NCBI RefSeq assembly: GCF_009914755.1 | Contig: NC_060932.1 | Reading direction: 5' to 3' (one strand) | DNA: 64,000 nucleotides | DNA from: the human T2T-CHM13v2.0 reference genome, Homo sapiens | In this document: one piece after another, positions 36,741 through 53,460 of the stretch | How positions within the stretch are numbered: position 1 is the stretch's first letter | Layout: every line of letters starts with the position of its first letter | Translations under genes and position numbers: made by a program | Notes under the pieces: generated by a model | Seen by the model: only the letters and a program-made list of their open reading frames with translations | Told to the model about the DNA's origin: nothing | The model's database searches: none

Positions 36741-37398
36741 CTAAAGAGCTCTGAAACATTCACAAGACAGAGTTATTTGTAGGGAGGTGAAACTATGAGA
36801 GAGGCACTCAAGTCTCAAAACGCAATTGGCGTTGGCCCTCGGGGTCCAGGAATTTTGACGCAGTGCTTGCTGCTTGCAAGAACTCCCTCTCTTGTTTGCT
36901 CCAAGGGTTTCATGATGATCTCAGAAAAAAAGGGCAGTATTGTAGCAGCAGCAATTAGGCTTTTGTTCTGGGACAGCAACAATTGGGGACACCAAGTACT
37001 GTAATGAAAGCTGTGAAGGGAAAGTTTTAGAGAAAGTGATTAGGAGCAAGTCCTACGGTTTGAAAGATGGCCAATGCTTATTGACAGAGAGGGGATAACA
37101 ATTTATTTGGAAACCAAATAGTCTTTAAATATTTATTTATTTATTTATTGGAATGCATGCGTGTTTTGGAATTGCAGCAGTGTCAGGGAATCCATACTCT
37201 TTATTTTAATTCAGCCCATGTCGAAGCTATTTAGTTTGAGAAAGATACACTTAACCATCACAAAAGCAGCCTGGACCGCGGGAGGGCTTTTGAATCATCT
37301 TTTCAAGGCAAAATAGCTTTCGGAATATCCAAATGGCTAATTTTGTCCCTAATGTTACCGATGTTCACAAATATAAACTTACTTCAGGCAGCTTATTA

Positions 37399-37915
<517 letters not shown>

Positions 37916-38129
37916 CTCATGCCGCAGCCGCCTCCCACCCAAGAGTTGGAACTATCCTAGGAAACAATCAAAACTTGTCTCAACTGGCAGAGCACACCAT
38001 CCTTTTTCCTTTAATTTTGTTTGAATAAGGAGTAAATCTGCAATAGCAATGCTTAATAGCTAATTAGACAAAATTGCCAAAGTCGATTTAACTTTCAAAA
38101 AACAAACAGGAGAGGCAATATAACATTGA

Positions 38130-38310
38130 GATGAAGTTAAGAGTTTGGGAGGCAAAGAGCCATGGGTTGAATTTCTAGGTGCTGCTCCTTAATGCTGGAG
38201 ATCTTTTATCTGTTCCTTAACTCCTCTGTGTCTGTTTCCTTATGTGTGAAACAGGAATGATAACAATATCTACTTCACAGGCTATTCTGAGGTTGACATA
38301 AAATCAGTAT
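38130..38310. mobile_element. MIR
   Basis: ttaactcctctgtgtctgtttccttatgtgtgaaacaggaatgataac. Confidence 0.55.
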
Positions 38311-39389
38311 ATATGAATAATAAGTTATAGTTTATCTCTGAGCAATATACTATTTTAGCTGAGGATGAAAGTTGACTATTTTTTGTAAATGTGTGGCCAA
38401 GTTTACTGTGTAACTTGAAAGTAAATAATGGAGTCTTTCACTGACTGTATGCTGAAGAAATGAACTCAGGATGTGAGGTAGGGTTCAGTTGTTAGGGTGT
38501 TAAATTATCCAGTGGCTTGGCAGCCTACTTGTTTTACCCGTATAATATAAACATGCATAAAGGATCTCTCTCTTCATTGAGGCTCTGCATGCACCTTGAA
38601 TATTTTACAATGCTTGCCTAAAAGCAATCAACATGAAAGCCCATCCTTGGTCTTTGCCTAGGAATACAGTCCCTCCCTACTCAAGTGAATACATGAAGCA
38701 CATAAACACATGCAGTCAGTACTGGGATTACTGGCCTCATCTGTATGTGTAGACTCTGCTCAGTGAGGCAGCCTCACAAATCATTTGGCATGTCCAGGTG
38801 AAAGACTCTAGAAATGCAAGATTCCAACCTGTAATATACATGAAAAGCAAAAAGGATGCTTTTTATCCAAGTTCTGCCTTGTTCAGATGTACAAGCGACA
38901 AGTCTCTCCAGGATACAAGAAAGTAGGAGGTTCATTGTTAATGTTACCCGGCTACAGACTTCCTGCCGAACATATGGCTGTCATGGATAACGCTGACCTC
39001 AAGGAAGTTCTCCTACTGAGGCTGTAGCCTTTTCAAAATCTATTGTTCTTTTTTAAAAAAAAAAAAATACATGAAAGTCATATGAATAATACATCAATGC
39101 TGGCATTTGTCTTTTGAGGGAGAAAGTATGTTTCACAATGTTCACAATTTGTATTTCAGAATAATCTAATCAGGTACTAAAAGTAACTAGATTAAATCTC
39201 TCTTACAAGAGCTCTATTGTGAAATATAAACAAGCATAGATGTACATGAAAAGAAATGTCTGATTTTAAGATACAATTCATTATTATTGAGAATTGTAGC
39301 TGCTAACCTTCTCCAAACCCAAGAAGCCAATGAGCCAGCTTTGGTAAAAGCTAGTGGAAATTTCACTTCATTTATTCAAGGAGGCCGTA

Positions 39390-39915
<526 letters not shown>

Positions 39916-41572
39916 ATTATGAACACATTTGCACATGTATGTACCCATGAACCAGATGCCATGCTGGGCTCTTTGGAAGGTATATTCATGAGTAAGGCAG
40001 GGTCTCTTCTGCAGGGAAGTTTGATTTGTGTGCTAATTCTACAAGGCCTCTGAGAAAAGCAAGGCAATAACTTTTTTGAGTTAATTTTTTCCTCATTTTT
40101 CACTTCCATTTTCCAGAAAGTTGTACTACCAAGAGGATGGAAATGCATTTGGGAATATGATAGTTTGATGAAATGTTTGAAATCACTCATTCCTTAGTTG
40201 TGTATTTTTGGCGATGTGGCCAAGGTAGGTTTTCTACGAGTAGTGGGGAATTTGTGGAGAGATTTGAAGGATGAGACAAAGCAGAACCTGTGATTCATTG
40301 GGGAATATCATCTGGTGTTTGTTGTTTAGCTTCTCTGCCTGGAATGTAAGATCTACACCTGTTGTCAATTCTTACTAGTTAAGTTTCCAGACCAATCGTT
40401 TGCATTTGGAATTTAGCATAAGGTCAGTAGCAAAGTCAGGAGGAGTTTCTGACGTCTTCATTGATTTTGCCATGTGAATTTCTGATCAATTAGGTGCTGG
40501 CTATGTGATATTCTAGTGAACTGCAAAGTCAGCAACAGCTAGGGTGAAGTGCCTTTTAATGAGCACATCACTGTGGGACACATGTCCCTGACACCAAGAG
40601 GGAGGTGCTGGCTTGGAGGTTTTAGACACAAGAAAACATGAATTAAAATAACTAAACTTAGGGAGCAACATTTGTAAATTCATTGCTTTCAAATTTATAA
40701 TATTGTTTACCACCTTCTCAACACAAAATATTTGTTGTCATTAAAAGCATGTCAGTTCCCATTTGCTATAGAAGTTTTTTAAATGTCCATGTGAAAATGT
40801 CTTAGTATAAAATTAAGAGAGAGATTTAGAGCAAGTTTGTGGAGAAGACCCAGAGCAACCAGCCCTGTGATGAAAAGGTAAAAGAATTATAGTATTTAAC
40901 TTGGAGAAGGGACCCAAGACATGTGGAAATATGTAATTTTTAGGAGATGTTGGCTGGCTCTATCTCCCGTGAAGCCAATCCCGAAGGAAATGATTTGAAT
41001 TGCATGACAAGGGAATTATTTGTATCTACTGAATTTAGATATTGCAACTTCTAGACTATGAGGGTAGTTGAAATAGAAAAAAGAGTTAATAATGGGAAGA
41101 AAAATCCCTCTCTGCAAAGCATTAAAAAGTAAGATAGATACTCTATCAAGAGTGCAACTCTGAGGGAATTCAGGCACAGTTTTTAAGTATACAACTCCGT
41201 GGCATTAAGTACATTGGACAACCATCACCACCACCCATTTCCAGAACTTTTTCAGCATCCCAAACAGAAATTCTGTACCCATTAAACAATAACTTTTCAC
41301 TCCTCCTTCCCCCAGCCCCCGGCACCCACCATCCTATTTTCCGTCTCTACACATTTGACTACTGTAGGTACCTCATGTAAGTGGAAATGTACAGTATTTG
41401 TCTTTTCATGACTGGTTTATTTCCCTTAGCATAATGTCCTCAAGGTGTGTCCATGTCGTAGCATGTATCAGAATTTCTTTATGGCTGAACAGTATTCCAT
41501 TGTGTATATATACCACATTTTGTTTATTCATTCATCTGTGAGTGAATACTTGAGTTGTCTCCACCTTTTGGC

Positions 41573-41868
41573 TTTTTTTTTTGTTTTTTTTTGGGGGACA
41601 GAGTCTCACTCTGCCACTGATGCTGGAGTACAGTGGCGTGATCTTGGCTCATTGCAACCTCCACCTCCCAAATTCAAGCGATTCTTCTGCCTCAGCCTCC
41701 CTAGTAGCTGAGATTACAGGCATGCGTCACCAGGCCCGGCTAAATTTTTTATTTTTAGCAGAGTCAAAGTTTTCCCATGTTGGCCAGGCTGATCTCAAAC
41801 TCCTGACCTGAGGTGATCCACCCGCCTCGGCCTCCCAAAGTGCTGGGATTACAGGCATGAGCCCGGCC
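41573..41868 (-). mobile_element. AluS-type
   Basis: TSD ccaccttttggct. Confidence 0.9.
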
Positions 41869-42159
41869 CCACCTTTTGGCTCTTGTGAGCAATTCTGCTT
41901 TAAGCATCGTTATACAAGTACGTGTGAGTCCCTGCTTGCAGCTCTTTGGAGTATAAACCTAGGAGCTGGATTGCTGGATCATGTGATAACCCACTTCACT
42001 TTTTGAGGAACCACAAAACTGTCTTCCATAGTGGCTGCACCATTTGTCATTCCCACCAACAAATGCATGAGGGCTCTAATTTTTTCACATTCTAACACTT
42101 GTTATTTTCTGTTGTTGTTTTTAAATAGGCATCCCAATGGGTGCGAAGTGGTATCTCAT

Positions 42160-42476
42160 TTGTTGTTGTTGTTGTTGTTGTTGTTTTAGACAAGAGTCTA
42201 GCTCTGTCACCCAGGCTGGAATACAGTGGCACAAACATAGCACACTGAAGCCTTGAACTCCTGGGCTGAAACAATCCTCACACCATAGCCTCTCGAGTAG
42301 CTGGACCACAGGTGCACACCAACATCCCTAGCTATTTGTTTAAAAAAAAAAATTGTGGAAATGGGGCTCTTGCTATATTGCCCAGGATATAGTCTCAAAC
42401 TCCCGGCCTCAAATAATTCTCCCCCCTCAGCCTCCCAGAGTGCTAAGATTACAGGTGTGAGCCACCATGCCCGGCC
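42160..42476 (-). mobile_element. AluJ-type with (TTG)n tail
   Basis: TSD ctcattt. Confidence 0.85.
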
Positions 42477-42589
42477 TCATTTTGTTTTAGCATAAACAAG
42501 ACATCACTTTGGAGATCTAAGGATTTTAGGAGTTGCATGCCAGGAAATGGAGTCAGAAACCAAATACAGTATTTACAATATCACAATTG

Positions 42590-43640
<1,051 letters not shown>

Positions 43641-43704
43641 ATATGGTGAGGCCAGCTAGCATTTATTGAGCACTTACCACGTGCTAGGAAAATGCTAAGG
43701 TCTT

Positions 43705-44204
<500 letters not shown>

Positions 44205-45714
44205 TTATTTCTGCCTCATTAAACCTCCTCTTGGTCTAGGCCAACAAGAGTTTCTTCCTCCTCCAAGCACACATGTATTGGGCACTTGATTATGAGAAAA
44301 TCCTCAGATTATTGGAACTTGGTATGGAGTACATACCTGTCCCTCCCCTCCAACCTGTGTGCTAATTATCTTATGGAAAATAACCTTTTTCTTGCCTTTT
44401 TCTCCCAAGAAAGCCTTGAGTCTCATCCAGAAGTCAGATAAGTGCTGGATCTCTTCTCTTTGCTTGAGTGACAAGTTGTTTTTTTCTGATTCTAAAGAAG
44501 GAGATTGCTGTCCACACATGAATATCCACAAGGCTAACACTGCCCCTTTATTAGTCAGGAAGATATTTGGTTTTCAGCTTTCCCTTGATGGTTTTTGTCT
44601 TTTTATTCCCATTCATTGAACAAATGTTAATTTTTTCTTTTCACTCTCTTTCATTCAACAAGTATTAATTGACTGCCTTCTTATGTTCAGGCACTGTGAA
44701 CATTATTATGTATGTGGGAATTTACATGAGCAGAAGAAAGCATTTCTAAATGCATGAAATCTGAATATTTGTTTATAATACTGCGGACGGGACATATGCC
44801 GAAAAGTCAAACAAGAGGAAATGACCTTGTGAATGGAGGGGGATGTGTGGAGCTGAAAAAAAATAGGACATCTATAACTGAGCTTTTCTCATAGATTTTT
44901 TTTTTAACCAGCCTAGCCAATTTTCAGTCCATCTTAAGGTTGCATTTTAAGCATTTTCGCTTCCTCTGCTGAAATAGTGGCACCTTCAAATGCTCTCGGT
45001 CATCAGTAAGCTTTGTCAGGCATACATTTTTCAGGGACAGTCTTTAGAGTTTATTTTTTGTAATAATAGGACATAAAGCACAAACAGATTTAATATAAGG
45101 AATGGCAAATGATGAACCACTGTTCTCTGCTCTTCCTTTATCTTCCAGCTCCTTTACTTTTATTTGTGGAGACTTGGTACCCTTGATGAGTGACTATCCA
45201 CAAGGATCCCTTACTTTGACATTGCTTCATTCCCAGAACACTTACTGTTACAGATACTTTGGATGTAATTTTTTCATTGTTTGTACAATTGTACAATAGT
45301 ACAGTTTTATCTTTATCAATCTTATATGTCTGCTACATATGATATTAATGACACTTCTAGGCAAAATACATTATATTTAGCCTCCTTAAATTTGGGAATG
45401 TTACACAGAAACTTTAGAGTCCTGTCTATTTTTGGAGGTAGAGTAGTTCCATTTCTGAGAAAACCCATCCTGTTTATCTGTCTTATACTCTGCATGTTCT
45501 CATAAAAACCTGACGGCATGGAATGTCACTGGTAAAGATGGGAGCTCCCAGAAACCTTACAAAGATGCTTTGCTGTACAGCAATAGTTCTGAAAACTGTT
45601 CAGAGATCCCTTGATAATATGATCGAACTTTTAGGGATCTTTCCCTGTGAAAATACACATATACACAATATGTGAAATGAGGACTGTCAGAGACCCTGAA
45701 ATCTGTGCATTATC

Positions 45715-45830
45715 CCATTTAATCCTTTCATGGATCCCATGAAATAGACATTATTATCTGCATTTTACAGATGAAGAAACTGAGGCCTGGAAAAGTTGAG
45801 AAACTAAGGCCACAGAGCTAGGTTTCAGTC
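45715..45830. mobile_element. MIR
   Basis: cattttacagatgaagaaactgaggc. Confidence 0.65.
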
Positions 45831-46759
45831 CTGATGAACCTGGCTGAAGCAGAGGACACAAATTACCAGTCAATTCCAGAGTGTTTCTGCCACCCAGGCA
45901 ACTCATTAACCAGTGGAGGCTTCTGTTTATCTACTAGAAAAGGAGTTTTTATGGCTATTTCCTACTGATAAGATAGTTTCAGGGAAGTAAATGTTTGAGA
46001 AAACATCGCCCAGCCCATTCTGTAGCTAAATAGCTATAGAGAAATCCTGTATTGCATTTACACAGAGCCGACAGAAGACCTCTCCTGGGTTTCTGTGCTG
46101 AAGTATTTTTGTCTATGAGTCTTGCTTTCCTAACAACGGCAAAATGTTATGTTTCTATGGCTACATCAGAATTGTTCTTAAATAGGGGTTTGAGAAAACA
46201 AAACTAGGAAGGCTTGGGCAAGATACGAAGGTAGGAAGATGACTGACGTTTCCTCTGCGTTTTCACACCTGTGTATCCATTGGCCTCAGAAGGCCCTTGA
46301 ACCTCTTGATGATATTCAGGCTGTGGCACTTCTGGGCAGATGTGTGTGAAGCCATGATTCCTAATAAGTGCCCCGTGGGCCATAGTAATGGCACTTGGGA
46401 CCACAGGTCAAGTCCTTATAACCTGGGCCCTTTACAGTTGATACCCAAAGCAGAGATTGGCAGGTTCTCTTGAGGACAAGACTAGAACCAAGAGATGTGT
46501 GCAAATTTCAGGAATAGCTGGCAATAATGGGGAAGAAGAGAGACAGAGAGAGTAGAGTCTAGAGTGGGCTTCTTTTACCTGTTTTCCATCTCCTTCCTGC
46601 TTCTTGCCAGGTGGAGGGCTCTATCCTCCCACCAGGGGATGCCAGCCACCATCCACTAAGTTTTTGGCTTGGGGTTGGCCTGGTGGGGAGCAAGAGTTTC
46701 TTCAATCAACTCCTTTGCTGGGTGGAATAAAATGAGAGGGCCATTCAGATACTAATTTA

Positions 46760-47556
<797 letters not shown>

Positions 47557-47662
47557 TCCATCGTTGATAATTGTGTGTCTTGTTTGATCGATTCCATACC
47601 CCTGTATGAATGGTCCAGGGGCTGAGCAAGAAGCTGTGTCTTAGGACTGAAGTGCTTGAGGA

Positions 47663-49091
47663 GTGTGTGTGTGTGTGTCAGACAGAGAGAGACTTTGAGG
47701 GGTATATGTGCAATGTGTGTGTGTCACCATATATATATGTGAAACTGTGTGTGGGAGGTATGTGTGTGACTGTGGGCTTATGTGAGAGTTGGGGGTAGGT
47801 GTGGTGTGTGTGGTTATATGTGTACCAGAGACTCAATGTGTGGGTGGGGGTGTGTGGTGTGTGTGAGACTGTGTATGTAAGACTGTCGGGGGAGGTGTGT
47901 GTGTGACTGTGTGTGGTGTGTGTGACTATGTGTGTGGGGTGTATATGTGTACATGAGACTGTGGGGATGGGAGTGTGTGATATGTGTGGTGTGTGTGAGA
48001 CTGCGTGGTGCGTGGATATGAGGCTGTGGGGGTGGAGGTGTATGGTGTGTGTGTGAGACTGTTGTGGGGAGGTTTGTGTGACTGTGTGGTGTGTGTGTGT
48101 GTGAGAGACTGTATGGGTGGGGGTGTGTGTAGTATATGTGTGACTAGGTGTGTGGTGTGTGTGTGTATGAGACTGTGTATGGGAGGGTGTGTGTGGTGTG
48201 TGTGATTGTGTGGTGTGTGTATGTGTATGAGACTGTGTATGGGTTGGGGGTGTGGTGTGTGTGACTACATGTGTAGTGTGTATATGTGTATGTAAGACTG
48301 TGTATGGTGGGGGGTGTGTGTGGTATGTGTGTAACTAGGTGTGTGGTGTATGTGATACTGCATGGGTGGGGGTGTGTGGTGTGTGATTATATGTGTGGTG
48401 TGTGTATGTGTATGAGACTGTATGAGGTGGGGGTGTGTGGTGTGTATGTGACTGTGTGTGGTGTGTGTGTGTGAGACTGGGTATGGGTGAGGGTATGTGG
48501 TGTGTGTGTGTGGTGTGTGTATGTATATGTGAGACTGTGTATGGGTTGGGGGTGGGAGTGTGGTGTGTGTATGACTGTGTGTGGTGTATGTATATGTATG
48601 TGAGGCTGTATGGGTCAGGAATGTGGTGTGTGTGACTACGTGGGGTGTGTGTGTGTGAGAGAGAGACTGGGTATGGGTGAGGGTGTGTGGTGTGTGTGAT
48701 TGTGTGTGTGGTGTGTGTGTGTGAGACTGGGTATGGGTGAAGGTGTGTGGTGTGTGTATGTGTATGCGAGACTGTGTATGGGTTGGGGGTGTGGTGTGTA
48801 TATGACTGTGTGTGGTGTGTGTATGTATGTGAGGCTGTATGGGTCAGGGGTGTGGTGTGTGTGACTATGTGGTGTGTGTGTGAGACTGGGTATGGGTGAG
48901 GGTGTGTGGTGTGTGTGTGATTGTGTGGTGTGTGTGACTGTGTGTATGGTGTGTGTGTGTGAGAGAGAGTGGGTATGGGTGGGGGTGTATGATGTGGGTG
49001 TGAGACTGCTGGGGGAGGTGCATGTGTGACTGTGCATGCGTGTGGTGTGTGTGTATACATGAGACCCTGTGTGGTGTGGCGTGTGTGTGTG
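47663..49091 (+). repeat. GT-rich degenerate minisatellite, unit about 55-65 bp built on GTGAGACTGTGTATGGG and (GT)n
   Basis: gagactg recurs throughout 1.4 kb of TG-rich sequence. Confidence 0.95.
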
Positions 49092-50400
49092 AACATGCGT
49101 GCTCCCTGCGCTGCCGGCTCTGGCTCTCCCCCATCCTTCCTCACAGAGCAGCGCAGGTTTGGCCACAGATGTCAGGAGCCCGCGGCTTCCCTGCTGAGCT
49201 AAGAGCCCTCTTCAGGCCTTGTGGTGTCACTATAGCTGACAGTGTCAAGTCTCACGCCCTTTACGAAGCAGAGAGGGGTTTTGATGCCGCATTGTTTAGC
49301 AGTATGCAGACCTCTCCCTAGGGGCTGTAGATTTCCTGCCTTCTGAACAATCTCGAGGGGAGCGTGGATTTCCGTCCCGGCGGCACCCTCGGGTTTTCCC
49401 TCCCCTGCCCCCTCCGCCGCGCTCTCCCCCTTCGCACATTCGGAAACCCTCTTGGGAGCTGAATCATGTTCTCGCCTTTTTTGGTCCTAGTTGAGCTCTC
49501 TTCCACTTTCATCACCAGAGGCTTGAGATCTGTGAAAGAATCAGTTCCTCGCAGGCTGCGGTCTGCGCCGCGCCTCCTTTGTATGTCACGCTCAGAGAGG
49601 AGCAGTGCCCTTGGAGTGCCCTGCTCTTGCTGAGAGCCGCACGATAGATGTCTTTGAATGACTGACTTTAATTAAAGTGTGGCGGGCTGGAGATAAAATG
49701 ATTCTGAATATCTTATTTGGGGGGGAAAAAAAGCCAGCTTCTTTCTTAAGGGAGAAAAAAAGGACTCCAGCGCCAGGAGTCTCTTCGGTATCCCTGAGAG
49801 TCGGGGGAACTCTTTAAATGCGGCCCTTGATGGTGTTGTGGAGGGAGAGTGAATTCTGGGAATCTCTCAGCAGCTTTTTGCCAAACAGATGGGCCAGGAG
49901 CCGCGGAACCAGGCTGAGGAATGTTGCCTCACGATCTCACATATCCATTCCTGGCACCCACCAGCCCAGGGAATGCCTCTACCAGTTGTCAGCGAGAGGC
50001 TTACACAGCATCTTAAATAAAAGGGATTATTGAACCAAGAGGCCAGGGACTGATGGAAATGCCCACCTTGCTGGCTCATTGAAAAAGTTTGGCAAGGTTG
50101 TCAGGAGACATGAATTAGATGGGCTTGGGTCTTGTGCCCTTTGCTAAACCAAGTGCTGTATTGGGAAAGAGACGGGGAGAGAAGTGTTGGAGATGCTCTT
50201 TAGTCAGGCCTGAGTCACTTGCCCAACCCTGGAGTTGGAGTGGGGGATGGAGCCAGGATCTCCAAACCACATGCCCCTAGAGTTTCAGGGAAAATATGGA
50301 TTGTGAATTGAAGATGGGGGGTGATGTAAGGCAGACAAGGACAGAAAATCCCTCTTCCAGCTGTGATTTGGCTGTGAGTTTGGCGCTCGAGACACCATAC
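49092..50400. promoter_or_regulatory. CpG-retaining intronic regulatory region
   Basis: CpG clusters 49090-49630; AP-1 tgagtca at 50211; unique sequence. Confidence 0.45.
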
Positions 50401-50654
50401 GCTCCTGAGGTTTGTTAAGGGGTTTCAGGATATTGTGGACAAAAGGGAATAGCAAATGATGTTCAGTCCATAAGTACCATTTGGAGGAGGAAATAATTGA
50501 AATTGCTGCTGATCAAAAAGCTTTTTGTCTCCAGTTTGGATGTTGGAGACAGGTTTCTGTGTAAGAGAGTGAGGGTGTACAACATGACTGAGAAAGAAAA
50601 CAATGAGTTAAGGCACATAAGTGCGCATGGGTGTCACCTGGAGGCCTTCTTATA

Positions 50655-50982
50655 ACACAGATGGTCAGGCCCACCCCAAGTTTCTCATGCAGTAGAGGTG
50701 GAGCTCAAGAATTTGCATTTCTATTTTATTTTATTTATTTGCTTTATTTATGTTTGAGACAGGGCCTTGCTCTGTTGCATGGGCTGTAGTACAGTGGTGC
50801 AATCATAGCTCACTGCAGCCTCCAACTCCTGGGCTCAAGTGATCCTCCCAACTCAGCCTCCCGCCCAAGTAGTGAGGACTACAATCACACGCCACCATGC
50901 CTGGCTGTATAATTTGCACTTCTAAGGTGTTCCCAGGTGATGCTGATGTTGCTGGCCCAGGGACCACACATTCAGTACTGCT
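50655..50982. mobile_element. MER5A (hAT-Charlie) split by an Alu right arm (50722-50905, minus)
   Basis: aatttgca(t/c)ttct TSD; ttcccaggtgatgctgatgttgctggcccagggaccacac. Confidence 0.8.
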
Positions 50983-51229
50983 GTTAAGGCAAAAGACTTA
51001 AACACTCCATATATGAAAGAAAGAAAAAGAGAGAGAGAGAGAGAGAGAGAGAGGAAGGAAGGAAGGCAGGCAAGCAGGCAATGCTTCAATAAATCCATTA
51101 AAACACATTCAAACTTCAGAAATAAACGTGTTCAAATAAGACCAGCAGTCCTTGGTGGTGGCTTATCATTTCACCCATTTGACAGTTTTAAAAGATTGAC
51201 TGAACTCAGTATTGATTAAGGTTTAGGGG

Positions 51230-51560
51230 AAAGGCTGTCTCATATACTGTGTTTACAAATGTGAATGAGTACAGCCTTTCCAGAGGGCAGTTTGGCTATG
51301 TGTATCAAAATATAAAATGTGTTTGTTTTGACACTACAATCTCACTTCTAGAATTTTACTCTAAGAAAAGATAAGTGTGTGAAAAGAAATTTAAGTGTGT
51401 GAAAAGATGCATATGCATGGGATTGCTCATCACGGTTTCATTTATAATGAGGAACAGCAAACCCGTTAAATATCCCTCCATGGGGAGCAAGTCAGGCAAA
51501 TTCTGTACAGACACACAAAGGCATGTTATGCAGTGAAGAGAAGGAGGCACATGTGGGTTC
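51230..51560 (+). mobile_element. L1ME-type 3' fragment
   Basis: gtacagcctttccagagggcagtttggc...caatctcacttctagaattt. Confidence 0.65.
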
Positions 51561-51661
51561 TGCAGAGAGGCAGATCCCAATGAGGGGTCAGGACGGGTCT
51601 TGGCTGCACATCCTGGTTTCCTCTTCATCCATGGGGAGCAGCACCTTATGAAGAAAACAAG

Positions 51662-52548
51662 CGGCATAATGAATAAATACTCACCTCTAGCAAAAGATAA
51701 TATGTATAATTAAATCAATAAATATTAATTTGTTAAATGTTAATAAATGTAAATAAATATTCATATATATTAAAGTGTTGATTTAAATATTACTATTCAT
51801 TAATATAAACAATAAATTGATACTTGTTAACATTAAATATCAATAAATTTTATGTATTAATATAAATAAACACTAATAAAACAAATATTTAAACATGCAT
51901 AAAGTACTCACCTCTATTGATTAAGGTTTGTATTAAGGTTTATAATATTAAGGTTTAATAATTAAGGTTTATTGTTGTATTAATACTTAACCTGAATAAG
52001 TACTCACCTCTAGCAAAAGACAAAACGTATACTTAATAAACACTAGGCCCGGCGCGGTGGCTCACGCCTGTAATCCTAGCACTTTGGGAGGCCGAGGCAG
52101 GTGGATCACAAGGTCAGGAGTTTGAGACCAGCCTGACCAACATGGTGAAACCCCATCTCTATTAAATATACAAAAATTAGCCTGGCGTGGTGGCGGGCAC
52201 CCGTAATTCTAGCTACTCAGGAAGCTGAGGCAGGAGAATTGCTTGAAATTGGAAAGTGGAGTTGTGGCGAGCCGAGATCATGCCACTGCACTCTAGCCTG
52301 AATGAAAGAGTAAAACTCCGTCTCAAAAAAAAATTCATTATTTTAAATATTGACATAAATATTAATATGCATATCAAATAAATTAAAATATTAATATAAT
52401 ATAAATTTTTATATTTAAATATTAATATTTATATTAAATAAATACTAATATAATATAAACATTAATATTTACACTGGTAAATATTAATAAAATCAATAAA
52501 TATTTAAACATACATATTGTCTTTTGCCAAAAGTACTTATTCACTATT
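51662..52548. mobile_element. AT-rich element bounded by inverted repeats (MITE/foldback-like), internally duplicated, family not assigned
   Basis: tgaataa(a/g)tactcacctctagcaaaaga at 51670 and 51993, partial copy at 51901, inverted copy 52511-52543. Confidence 0.55.
52046..52333 (+). mobile_element. AluSg-type
   Basis: full Alu. Confidence 0.9.
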
Positions 52549-52557
52549 TGTGTAAAA

Positions 52558-52643
52558 GTATCTATCTAGCTATCTAGCTATCTATCTAGCTAGCTATCTA
52601 TCTAGCTATCTATCTAGCTATCTATCTAGCTAGCTATCTATCT
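52558..52643 (+). repeat. Compound (TCTA)/(GCTA) microsatellite
   Basis: tatctatctagcta repeated. Confidence 0.9.
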
Positions 52644-52704
52644 GTTGTTCCATTTGTCCAAATAAGTACATGCTTGTGTATATGTAAGAGAGAGATTTGC
52701 AATC

Positions 52705-52860
52705 TTTATTCAGTCATCAAATATTGAGCAGAAGAAACAAGATAGGTAAGGTACTCTGTGTTCATGGAGCTTATGTCTAGTAGGGAAAGACAGATTATAA
52801 ATATTAATAGAAAAACATAAATATTTCAATTCCAGATGTAAAAAGTACTTTGAAAAAGAG
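52705..52860 (-). mobile_element. L2 fragment
   Basis: ctctgtgttcatggagcttatgtctagtagggaaagacaga. Confidence 0.6.
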
Positions 52861-53149
52861 GGAAAAAAGGGTATATCTAGCTCACCAACATTTTAACAGT
52901 GGCTATTTATGAAAGACAATACTATGGGCAGGTTTTTCTTTCTTCTTTGAACTGCCTATGTAGTCAAAAATTCACTTTTTCAGAGACAAGGATGCTTAAC
53001 ATGGTCTTCTAGGCTGTCATGCCTTGTGCCTCTCCCACTTCACCAGCCTAAGCCCCTCTCCTCCCTCCAGCAGCTGCTCTTCAACCACGCTTACTCAAAA
53101 CTGGAGGCTGCTTCTGTCCTTAGTGTCTTGATGAAGGAACGCTGTTACC

Positions 53150-53460
53150 CTACACTTCACCCAGGCAGCTTCTGCCTATCCCCGAGGCTTCAGTCTGTCA
53201 CTTCTTCAGAGCAACCTCCCTTGACATCTCCACCGATGCCGTCCACCAGCCATTCTCAGAGCCCCCTGCAGTTCTTATATTTCATACATGACAATTTATA
53301 TATTACATATTTATTTGATGGCTTACTAAGCTCACTAATATGCAAGTTCTATGAGGGCAGGAACTGGGTCTCTTTTGTTCAACACAGTGTTCAGCAGAGG
53401 CTGGCAAAGCTTGGTCATTTGTCAAATTTGTGGAATGAATGAATGAATGAATGAATGAAC
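53150..53460 (+). mobile_element. L2 3' end ending in (GAAT)n
   Basis: gcaagttctatgagggcaggaactgggtctc...tttgtggaatgaatgaatg. Confidence 0.7.

Larger units (their letters stand above)
41175..42490 (-). mobile_element. L1MA/MB-type 3' fragment with two Alu insertions
   Basis: ttttaagtatacaactccgtggcattaagtacatt...ggattgctggatcatg...gtggtatctcatt. Confidence 0.85.

Noticed and set aside
35733-36782. Long overlapping ORFs (208-295 aa) on both strands
   Set aside because: Stop codons are scarce in a GC-rich island; the Pro/Ala/Arg/Gly-rich products show no recognisable domain. Only the ATG at 36351 has Kozak, donor and homology support
47663-49091. CRISPR-like repeat-spacer array
   Set aside because: Spacers are (GT)n variants rather than unique sequences; primate context and no cas genes
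48335-49166. 269-aa and 176-aa His/Thr-rich ORFs
   Set aside because: Translations of the (CA)-rich strand of the minisatellite
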